DNA of 20,000 bases from Rozella allomycis CSF55 (taxonomy: Eukaryota). The stretch is from contig KE561184.1 of the NCBI GenBank assembly GCA_000442015.1, positions 49,804 to 69,803 on the forward strand, written 5' to 3'. Of the stretch, positions 8,084 to 20,000 are shown in pieces. The translations under genes were made by a program, and so were the position numbers. The notes beneath the pieces were generated by a model. That model made no database searches, had not been told where the DNA came from, and saw only the letters and a program-made list of their open reading frames with translations. Within the stretch, counting starts at the first letter, position 1. Every line of letters starts with the position of its first letter.

Positions 8084-9046
8084 TTCGAAAATTTACGACG
8101 CATTTAAAGAAATNCAAATGATATATTGGGGGTTTACTGATTACCATGGACTTTACGATATTCGATTCTTGATATCTTGGATCTGGTCAGTGGTCTTCTT
8201 CAAATATCCACTTCTAAATCCTAATTCAATATTCATAGAATGAAAGTTTACCATTAAAGAATTAAGAAAATGTAAATTGAAATCGAAGAATGTCAGGCAA
8301 AAGACATTTACGAGAAGATATTTGATACCACGTGTAGCCAAAGACTAAAGAGAGTAGTCAAACTGATTCCGTATTTTTCATTGGTTTTGTTCCAAGCTAC
8401 AAGCATAAAAGAGTGATGCAATGATGGAATGGGCGATTGAAGGGTATCAATCAATTATATCCAATGAATGATGTGTGAAGTATACTCTAATGGTCTTTGA
8501 CTTTGATCTAGTCTTGCCGCTGACTTGTTTCACAAAAGAAATTATTCCAATTGTTGCGCCAAGTGATCAAAATTTGGACGAGCTATACTCTTTGTTAACT
8601 AGTGACATAAAGGTTATATTTACCGATAGAACTTTGCAATCTTAACAGTTCATCGCAAGCCAAGTGAGGTATCAAATGGATGGCAAGTCTCACTGAGATA
8701 GCCTCTTTGGATCACAAATGGTATTAAACATAGCGGTGAACTCTTTGATTGCAAGGTGTATGGACACAAGGAACGAAAACTTAATTTGATCATCCAAAAG
8801 AATAGATTTTCCGTGCGACATAAAGGAATATTCAATTTCGAATAAGTGATATTCAAAACAATTAACCAAGTATGACGTGAGCTACTGTCCGCGAACTAGG
8901 TGGTATAATAAACGAGACAAGAATTCATAGTTTTTTAGGTATGCAGGCCGATTTTCATTGTAATACAAACGGATTGTTGAATTCTTTAAAGCCGTAGCGA
9001 GCATATCATAGATGCAAATTTTTCAATAAATCCACTGTGCTATTTA

Positions 9047-11230
9047 TTAGTCTAAGAAAAGCATATAATCCACCAAAGACTTTCCATAACAAGCAGCCAG
9101 ATGTTCGGATGTGAGTATGATGCAATTCTTCGGAACTTGGGAACCGACAAAGTTTGCACCAATATCTCCTTTCAACGCGACGACCAAGTACGATTGACGG
9201 TCTGAAAATTGAGACCCTAGAATTACAAAGTAAACGATTTTAATACCTCCATATTGATCAAGAGTGAGAGTCATTTGGCGGGCGACTGAAGTGATGAGCT
9301 CTTTAGTAGTGGTATCGTGTGTGATGCACCTCGTTGCAATGTTCCAGGTCACTTTGCCAGGGCCTTGCGTGTCACCTGCTTCGGGATAACAAGCGAGATT
9401 AAATCCATCATTGGAGCTTTCAAAGTGATAGATAACGTTAGGCTGAAATTGATCTTGTTTCATGTCGTTGAATTGCTTTTTGGTACAATAAAATAGGAAG
9501 GTGTCTCCGGGCACAACAAAGTACATCTCATCAACCAATGTGCTTGACAGAAACTTTGGATAAATTGATGTCAATTTCAAATGAGAGCAGCTTTGACTCG
9601 ATGTTTAGATTGATACAACAAGCGAATCAATGTTTTCCACAGGCCATGAGCGATCTTGAACGTAGAACCAAATTCAGTCAACTTATAAAGAGTTTCACCA
9701 ATCCGATGTAATAAGGAACCTTTATATTCAGTAGAAAGCAACCTGGAGGCAAAGATTGCCAACGCAAACGGAGAAATAATAGGAACAAAACTTCTGCTTT
9801 TAATTTCTTCATCGGAAAAAGAATTCAAATACAAAGCCCGCTGAACTGAGTCTTCATATGTGCGATTATGAACAATTTTATCATCCATTGGAACTGTTGT
9901 ACGTAGAAGGGCAGCCCTAACATCCTCGATACACAAATAAGCATAAAAGNACATCCTTGATACACAAATAAGCATAAAAGATTGCATGTTCGGCGGCACC
10001 GGAAAGCAGTTTGTTAAAGAGCATTTCATAATTCCAAACACCAAGCTCGTTCGAGTATTGCTTAAGAATACCAAACAATGCTTCCAGACACCGCGGATGG
10101 CCCCCAACCGTAACAATTAAATGCTTGACGTATGCGAACTTGGTATATTCCCAGAAAAGTCCAAGAGAAGCTTCCACACTCAATCTATTCAAAGGAACAA
10201 AATGGATATGTCGACCAGCTTCTGAGGCGCATTTTGTGATACTGGACACTTCTAATGAGGAAATAATCACATGGTTTCGTGAGCAGCAATCGCGTAAAGA
10301 TTTGCTCATCATTGGTGAAACACATCTCAGGCAATTTGTCACTTGTTCAGCATTTCCTTTTTTTGCGATTTCATCAAATAGAAGAAAAATTGATTCTTTC
10401 TTTGAGTGCTCGCGAATGATGGCTAAACTTGCGTCGATACTGAATTTGCCAACCCGTCTTAATCTACTATAAAATGAATCAGCGGAAAGGCTCTGGGACA
10501 GCTTGGTTTTATCAATGAAATAGCTGTGCAGGATTCGTATTGAAATGGCCTGTTCAGGATCTTCGGAACGCCAGACTTCCGTATTTCCACCGAAAGTAAT
10601 TGGAATATACACAGACTCGTTCATCATCTTTTTCAACTTTGCCACTTCCCCATTTAACTATATTAAATGTATGTACTGGTGTCTTACTATTTCACGCATA
10701 TCAGTAGTCAATTCGCCACCTAACTTTAATTGTGAGCGCACATCCATGTACACTTCCGCCACATCTGCATGGTCCATGATATCGCCCTTTATCTGTCCCG
10801 TATAGTCCATCATCTTTGATTTCCCTCCACCAGAAGGTGCCTGAAGCCCGATATATCGATCAATATCTTTCCGATCGAGCTCACTGTCTCTTAACAGCCA
10901 CCGTCTCAAGATCTCATTGGCAATCCCTCTCATGCAAACATCACGATCGACAACCTCCTCAAATACGTTGTTCGCAAGCTTATCAACAACTGAAAAGTCT
11001 GTCTTGATTTCAGCACTGAATTCGTTCAAAAGTAGCTCAAGTGGCGTCTTTTTTGGGTTAAGTTGGATGTAAATGGCACACCCTGCTGACCCAAGTTTAT
11101 CAATCCAATTGTCTGCGGTGAAAGAAGCGTAATCTTCAAATTCAAACTGGTTCTCTTGAACAAACTTATAAAACTTTTCCTTAAATGTTTGAGTTTCAAT
11201 CCACTGTCCAAATTCTTCTTTTGTAATCAT
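9047..11230 (-). CDS. Crinkler (CRN)-like P-loop NTPase with a short helical header and a possible degenerate C-terminal REase; coding status uncertain
   Basis: Walker A APSGGGKS, YIPITF, Walker B IFLLFDE, GGHPR.LE; in-frame 30-nt intron 10658-10687; N-gap duplication at 9920-9980; frame change near 9580. Confidence 0.6.
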
Positions 11231-11535
11231 CAAGACAGGGGTGTCGAAGGTTTCTTATTTGATGGCTGTGCAAACCTTAAATTTTAAAATGATCTAGCCC
11301 TGTCATAAATTTGTGAAACACTTTACAATTTAGAGTCTGTGACAGCGATTGAAGAACTTTTTGATCATATCCGGTCTTTATCGACAAAAGGGTTTGGCTT
11401 GTGGAGTGACGAAGCCAAAAGGTGCTTTGGTACTGAGGTTACTATTGCCACAGCTGCTAGGTAATAGAAATTAATTAGTAGGACTACTAGGTTCGGTGCC
11501 TAAATATTCTCCAAATTACTGAATTCCCTGTACCC

Positions 11536-12141
11536 ATGCAGAAAAAATGTTTTGGGCCCCTTGTAAGGACGTTTCCTGTGCATATAGTGGAAGAATGTGT
11601 GGTTTTTGTTTGCGGCAATCGAAAATACATCGAAGAATTTATTATAAAGAACACCAAGGGAATAATGCCTAAGAATTTCAACATGAAGCCAAAAGGTAAA
11701 GATAATATTCGCGTATCTGTGGCACACTCAAAAAACCACCATTGTGTCGTGCTAAGCGAACGCTGCTCAGTTGGCATTGATATTTTAAATATTAGAGAGT
11801 CGTATTCTTCATTGTTAGTTCTTTTAAACAATCCCTCTCATGTCTTCAATAATAAAGATTTCATACCTCCTTTGCATTATGGCGATGAAAAAATAAATAG
11901 AGTCGCATTAAACTGGGCATCAAAAGAGGCAGTTGTTAAGTGCATTGGAGAGGGATTGTCAATTCCTCCCAATTTGATAAGAGTTGATTTTATCAACGAA
12001 ATAGGCACTGTCATTAAGTTATTGGGAGTATCAGAATATAAAGCAAGTAAATTTTGGATCCATGGATTTGTATTTGAAGATAATATAGTTATGATAGCTT
12101 TAGATAATGAAAGGGTGAATCCAAGACTAAATATTTATTAA
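11536..12141 (+). CDS. Sfp-type 4'-phosphopantetheinyl transferase (5' end uncertain, may have upstream exons)
   Basis: KP...SVAHS, VGIDI and WASKEAVVKCIGEGL motifs. Confidence 0.8.
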   Translation: MQKKCFGPLVRTFPVHIVEECVVFVCGNRKYIEEFIIKNTKGIMPKNFNMKPKGKDNIRVSVAHSKNHHCVVLSERCSVGIDILNIRESYSSLLVLLNNPSHVFNNKDFIPPLHYGDEKINRVALNWASKEAVVKCIGEGLSIPPNLIRVDFINEIGTVIKLLGVSEYKASKFWIHGFVFEDNIVMIALDNERVNPRLNIY

Positions 12142-12145
12142 GAAT

Positions 12146-13851
<1,706 letters not shown>

Positions 13852-13941
13852 TTGCAAATTGTTGTAATTAAATGTGGCGTTCAGTTGAATAGAGTTATTA
13901 TAAAGAAGTAACGAAAACGTGTGTGCTTTATTTACAATTAT

Positions 13942-15517
13942 TCATTGATCATTCAACATATGTGTCCAATCAAATTCTGGATATGTCTTTTTCAAAATAT
14001 AAATTCTCTTGTCCAAAATCAAGTCGTCTTTAATAACTGCCGCATTATCCCTCCATTGAGTCGCATCCAATCCCAACAACTGACCGACTACACTCTACAA
14101 TAAATATCGCATTAATTTGTTACTTTTCCAAAATCGATGGAAAATGATTCCTCCTTTTCAATTACATGGGCATATCCTGTATCAAGTTTAAAGTCCACAT
14201 AAAAATAAGGAAATTTCTTGGGAACGGATCGTCTCAATCCTTTTTCAAAAGTATCAACGAGTTTCTTGTTCTGTGACCATTCGCTCCCAATTTCGTTTAT
14301 TGCTTTTTTGAAATATCCTTTCACTTGATTAATGCAATCGCCAGGGAGGGGAATAGCATCAATCACAGTATGAGGCAGTTTATTGAATTTGATGCAAGTC
14401 TCCAGGAACACCACAGTGAATCCTCTACTTGCAAGCATTCGAATGATGCATTTTTTAAAATTCTAACATTAGAAATACAATCAATAAATTACTCTAATTT
14501 CATCCCACAAGTCTTCATCACCATGCAACATGGATGGAATGTGTTCAATTGGAACAATTTGAAGTTGCAAAGGATGAAGAGCTCCAGTTTTAGGAATCGA
14601 AATGAAAGATTTCAAAGCAGTCGCTAAAACTAAAGAATTATCGAAAAATGAAGATTCCAGACAGAATGGGCAAGCTTCTATAGTCTTTTGTTCTTTTGAT
14701 AAAACCCTGGCCCTTTCTTCGTTCATATCGATTTTCTTTTCTTTATTCTTTAATTTCTTGTTTCTTGTTTCTTGAATTTCATCAAATGTGTCATCATTGT
14801 TGCGTTTAACTTTTGAAGACATTGAAAGGAAATCTCTGTCCATTTTATGTCTAGACTCTGCCCTTTCCATTTGAAGCATCGTTTGAATATCCATGTCATC
14901 TGGATTCGTAAATGTTTTCTTCTTTTTATATTCATTTATATCTTCCTTTATATTTCTATTGTAATTGTTGTACCTTTAAGATTTGAATTTGATACTCTAT
15001 ACGTTCAACAGCAGCCTTTCTTCTATCTTTCCTAGCTGATTTTAATTCTTCTTCAAGTAATTTAATTTTCTCCCTCTTTTCAAGTATCGCTGGATCTTCA
15101 TCTTTATTCAATTTAAGGTTATCAACTTTCTTTCCTTTTTCTTCGGTAATCTTCTTCCCACTCGGTTTCATTTTTGATACTTCGATCATTTCACGAAGTT
15201 TTAGAAATTCTTCATAGGATCCAAACCGATCTTCAGCAACTTCAAGTAGAGATTTCCCTGTTTCCTGTGCCAATTCAATGGTCCTTTGAATCTTTTTAGC
15301 CTGCCATGATAAACTAGGTTTATTGTCATAATTCTCTGGTCTTTTTTGTACGCTTGGGTTTAGAAAGGGATTCATTTCTCTCACTGTTGGTACAGGCGCT
15401 GGAGGCTTTTCGATTTTCTATGATAAATTGGGAAATATTATTTACCTGTTGGTTGTCATTTCTGTCTTTGAATAGCCCCCCTTTTGGAGGTTCTAACATC
15501 CAACTTTCCCTTTTCAT
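13942..15517 (-). CDS. CWF19L2: CWF19-like protein 2 (CwfJ C-terminal domains), multi-exon
   Basis: RESWM, RE.NP, VAEDRFGS, CPFC, IVPIEH, EDLWDEIR, WSQNKK, FPYFYV, GYAHVIE; ends FDWT...*. Confidence 0.9.
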
Positions 15518-15648
15518 GATAAGCCACTTTAGGCTCAAAGGGGAGGGAAATTCTCGATGAAAGGAAGTGGGTCAAGATATGTAGCGATTTAAAATGATGT
15601 ATCGTTTCTATCAGTCTGCCATGATAAACTAGGTTTATTATCATAATT
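15301..15648. repeat. 33-nt direct repeat (15301-15333 and 15616-15648)
   Basis: ctgccatgataaactaggtttatt(g/a)tcataatt, one mismatch. Confidence 0.9.
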
Positions 15649-15681
15649 ATGTGGTATTTTTTGATTTTGCAATTTTCAGGA

Positions 15682-18600
15682 ATGAATTTGACTTTTTTGA
15701 CGACGACCCCGTGGACTGAAGAAGATGTTGAACTTTTAACTAATACTATAAAATACCTTAGACAGACAGTAATATCTTATTTATTGCTAGAGTAGTATTC
15801 TGAGGTTAGTCTGTACGAAGAACTGGAAAGTCAAAATCTATTTCAAAAGTGTTTTTCAGATTTAATCAAAGATAAATGTATGATTTGAAATGTAAATATT
15901 CTAGTCAATGATATTGTTATTGAAGCGTGCAAAAAGGATGAAATAATTTTGGAGAATTGGAAGAGAAGAGTGAAACAGAAATTATTTTATAATGGTGATG
16001 ATGTGTGGTTGACAATTGACTCGTGTATCGAGTTTATATCAAAGTTAAAATTGTATTATCCAGAAACATTAAATTTTATTTTAAACGATAAAAGAAACAA
16101 AAGAAAGATGATTAATAAATTGGCGTGTTGTTCAATTACTGTAGAGAATATAAATATTTTTCTAGACCTTATCGAAAAGAATGAAGATGATATAATGAAT
16201 GAAGATGACTTTAATGAAACATTTTTGTTTCTTTCCATGGAAATATTTCAGGTATTGGTTGAAAATGGAAAGATAGAACCATTAAAGAAAGTTATCAAAG
16301 TAAATTAAAGAAATAAATTTAAAACAGAAATCCATGTTAAAGAAGAATAGTTTGGAGAATAAAATAGCAAAATCATTATTGAGAAAATTCGTAAATTGCG
16401 AAAAAGAATTTAAAGGATTTGATTGGGATTATTATTTTGTTTTATTGAATGCGATTGAAGAAGAAGAAATTCATTTAATAAAAGTATAGAATTGAAAAGA
16501 ATTAAATGTAGCCAATTTTGAGTGGATTCAAGTCATTTGTTGAATCATTTTGTTGTGAAGAATGGCTTTTGGTTCTTGTAGAGGTTGGACTGTCAATGAC
16601 TCAACTTGAATGCAAAAAAGCTTTCAGTGAAATTTGTTTGAAATCTTTAAAGGGAAAATTAACTTTGGAATTTGTTTGTGGTAATTTGAATTTCTAATGA
16701 AATAAAACAGAAAAATTTGTTCCATTGATGGATTGTGTTGCATTGTTTACATCTAGTGGCCCTTTGGAGACATTTGGTTCTTTTGGTGATTTATTTGTTG
16801 AATTCTTTAAAGAAAACAATTTTGATTTAATTGAGATTTTAAAATTGATTCATTTCAAAACAATTCATCCAATAACAAAATTTTATCTTTTGATTTCATT
16901 AGAAGAAACAAAAAATTCTTTAAATGACGATTGCGTTGAAATTTTAATTCTAATTCTGAAAAATCACAAAAATTCAAACGCTGCTTTAAAAAAGGCAATC
17001 GTTCATCAAATTTGGATGTTTTGCAACAAAAATTTTATTTCTTCAAATTTGGATTTTTGTTTAGAAATTTTAAAAGAATTTAAAGACCAGGGTATTCAAA
17101 TAGATTCCAATTTTGTCAAAAAACTATTAAATTTTGAATTTGATGAATTGAAATCTAAAGTTTCAAATTTTTTAGCAATTGAAGATTCATCTTTACGCTT
17201 TTTAACAAATGAATCAAAAAAGATTTCATTTTTAACTCTATTGAACAACGATCACATCATTTTCCATCAATTGTTTATTAAATTAGAAAATATTTATTCA
17301 AATCCTTATTTCCACAACCAAAAATTCTATTTAAAATATTTACTCGTTATTTTTCACATTAATTTACTAAACAATAATTTCTTTAAAAATTTCCCGCCAA
17401 AAATTAAACCGGAATTTCTAGATTTCATTTTTCTTGATTCAATCAATCATCCTTTCATCTTTGAATTCTTACAAAATATTCACAAATTTGACACTTTATT
17501 CTTTACAAATTATGCAAAAAATAAATTGAATTCTAAACTCGACACGAAATCTTACTATTTGGCTTCTTTTGTTGGTTCATCCAATCCATTCTTCTTTCTA
17601 CAAAACAATGAACAAAATAAAATAATCGTGTCCAATTCTATTAAATATAAAATAATTATTTCTAGCTTTGCTGATTCTTCAAACGAAGCAAAACCTAAAT
17701 TGTTAGAGTGGCTTATATCAAACCCGCCTACAAGCAATGAAGAAACTAAAATTTATTTAAACGCAATTAGTTTATTTTTACCATTTATTTCTGAACCACA
17801 AGTAAACATTTGTACATTTCAAAATAGCTCATCGGATTATCCCAGTCCAGTAAAATAGATAAAGAACAACTCATCGATTTCTTTCTCTCAAAAGATTTCC
17901 TTTCATATTTTTGGTCTTTAAGCGTCGAATTCATTAAAAACAATTGGGAAAAATGGAAATCAGATTCTTCAATTTGTTTAATGATTTCAAAATCTCTTTC
18001 ATTAATTTTAAATTCTCCTAAATTTGATTCTGAATCTCATTTGAATTTTCTTGCCAATCTTGTTCTTTCTTTATCTTCATTTGGTACTTTGCCTGACGTG
18101 TATGAAAAATACAAACTAATTGTGGAATCATATTCTATTCATGTTGATCATTCAAATCAAATTCGCTCAAATGTTATCTCTTGTTTTCTTTCTCTTGATT
18201 CAGCTCCTCTGTTAATTTCGGAATTAATCAAGAATTGCATTCAAACTATTATTCATACTCATAACAGCAAAAGGAGCATTTTTCCAAATTGCCTGGAACA
18301 TAGAATTCTCATTCGATTGTACTCCTTTTTAATAATCTTAATAACTAATGCCTCTTCAAGTGATGCAGTTGACTTGTGTGTCCATTTATTTGATATTCTT
18401 CAGATTGAGTCTGATCCTTCAATGTTCACGTATTTGAATTTTATTTTATTATTTTTATCGAATAAATTTCCTGAAATACATTCTATGTGCTTAAAGTAAC
18501 ATAATTTACACTTTGGGAATAGTGAATTAACTAAACCTCATAAACCATCATTCTGTAATGTTTTGATCATAACTTGCTTCAAAACCTGCAATCCCATCCA

Positions 18601-19648
18601 TTATTCAAAGGTAATTGCTTTCATTAAAGTAAATTAAGCTTGCCAGAATTCTGTTACCCTTGTCAATTTCTTCATCATTTCTTTCACGTTGTTATGTTTG
18701 TTTTATCATCTTGAAAATAAAAGAATTCATAAAAGATGATGATTGTTTGGCTAATTTTATAAGTTACATTGAAAATAACCAGGATTGTCAGAAGGGGTTA
18801 AAAAAGGTGAATAACTTTTTATTGACTACAGATGAATCTATTTTGGAGCTTTACAATCTTAAATTTATTCTTCATGATTTGCCTAAAATCAACGGGGTCG
18901 TTGATGAACATGAAATCTATTCACTCTCTTGCATCAATGAGCTGTCTGTCAATTCCAAAATACCTTTAAAAGGAATCAAAGTTGTTGACATTGAAACAAG
19001 AAAGAATATTGACAGTCCAAAAGTTGAGTTGGAAATATTTCAACAAAAAATTCAGCCTTGGGAAAATCAATTCAAACTTGAAGAGTTGGATTCATTGACA
19101 AGAGGAAAGGTAATTAATATTTTAACATTCAATCAATAGAACTCGAAAACTGATATCATTCTAATAGCCTCATTACTAGATAAGCCTGCAAATCTAGGCG
19201 GTCTCTGTAGAACATGTGAAGTATTCAACATTAAAGAATTATGCGTCAACAGCGAAACGATTAAAAATGATTCCATCTTCAAAGCCCTAAGCATGTTTTC
19301 AGAAAACTGGCAAGACATCTGCCAAGTCACCAGATCTGATCTTAAAACTTTCATTCTCTCAAAAAAAGATGCTGGCTATACTTGCGTTGGATTAGAGCAA
19401 ACTTCAGTGTCTACCCCAATACAAGATTATGTTTTTCCCAAAAAAGTTTTGGTTCTACTGGGTAATCAGCTTTGTGATGGATTATAGGAAATGAAAAGGA
19501 TGGGATCCCAGCAGAGTATCTATCGTTGTTAGATGCTTACTTGGAAATACCGCAATTTGGAGTTACTCGTTCATTAAATGTTCATGTTAGTGCATCTATA
19601 CTTTTATGGGAAATCAAGAAACAAACTCTAATTAATAAATCTATTTAG
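15682..19648 (+). CDS. TRM3: tRNA Gm18 2'-O-methyltransferase TRM3/TARBP1 (long helical N-terminus plus SpoU domain), multi-exon; start approximate
   Basis: FQQKIQPW, ASLLDKPANLGGLCRTCEVF, VGLEQT, LLGNEK.GIP, EIPQFGVTRSLNVHVSASILLWE. Confidence 0.9.
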
Positions 19649-19760
19649 TTATTTGAATGTATAATGCTAATTAGTCATACTTACAGCCATTCTATACATC
19701 TTTTTAATAAGTTAAAAAAATTTAATCTAAAATTAATCAAACTAATCTTATTTAAAGTAT

Positions 19761-20000
19761 TTATGCCAGTCTTCTCAGAATCATGGATGCATTCCTTTTT
19801 GCTAATGTGAAACAAATTTTGAATCTGAGCCTGTGATATACCACATTAGTTTCAATATTTTTTGTACATTCAAGACATGAACCATTATGATTAAAGAATT
19901 TGAGTTTATTGTCAAACCAAGGCCACTAACAGGTGCCACATTAAGCCAATCACCGCTTCACTTTACACATTGCGAGTTTAGAACTGCAATGTTTCTATCT
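19761..20000 (-). mobile_element. Internally deleted remnant of a CRE-like (restriction-like endonuclease) non-LTR retrotransposon, 3' end
   Basis: Minus frames give ...*SGDWLNVAPVSGLGL (cf. CRE-type GAWL.A.P...GL) and ICFTLAKRNASMILRRLA* (cf. terminal S..LQRGNA..IL); in-frame stop; second copy at 5918-5999. Confidence 0.6.

Noticed and set aside
9920-9980. 30-nt tandem repeat as a biological or CRISPR-like repeat
   Set aside because: The two copies flank a single N, typical of overlapping contig ends
10658-10660. Stop-codon readthrough or recoding at an in-frame TAG
   Set aside because: Explained by a 30-nt in-frame GT-AG intron; the Mss4 27-nt intron shows the same pattern

Overview
AT-rich, gene-dense eukaryotic DNA with very short (~25-35 nt) GT-AG introns, consistent with an early-diverging fungal or cryptomycotan (Rozella-like) genome; this taxonomy is inferred. 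Housekeeping genes: an IDO/BNA2 5' end, RRB1/GRWD1, OPA3, SNRNP40, MSS4/RABIF, an Sfp-type PPTase, katanin p60, CWF19L2 and TRM3/TARBP1. An accessory block (~5.3-11.3 kb) holds non-LTR retrotransposon remnants, a bacterial-type AAA-ATPase/PD-(D/E)XK gene cut by an assembly gap, a group-1 truncated haemoglobin and a Crinkler-like NTPase. The main hidden feature is in the ORF-free region ~500-1270: a spliced non-coding host gene carrying five box C/D snoRNAs, identified by their rRNA guides as snR78, snR77, snR75, snR74 and snR73 homologues in yeast cluster order. It has an apparent zero-length exon (AG|GT recursive splice site) and one snoRNA whose intron is half-degenerated. An unidentified, strongly self-complementary ~220-nt element lies upstream. 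rRNA target sequences and yeast numbering are recalled from knowledge, not searched.
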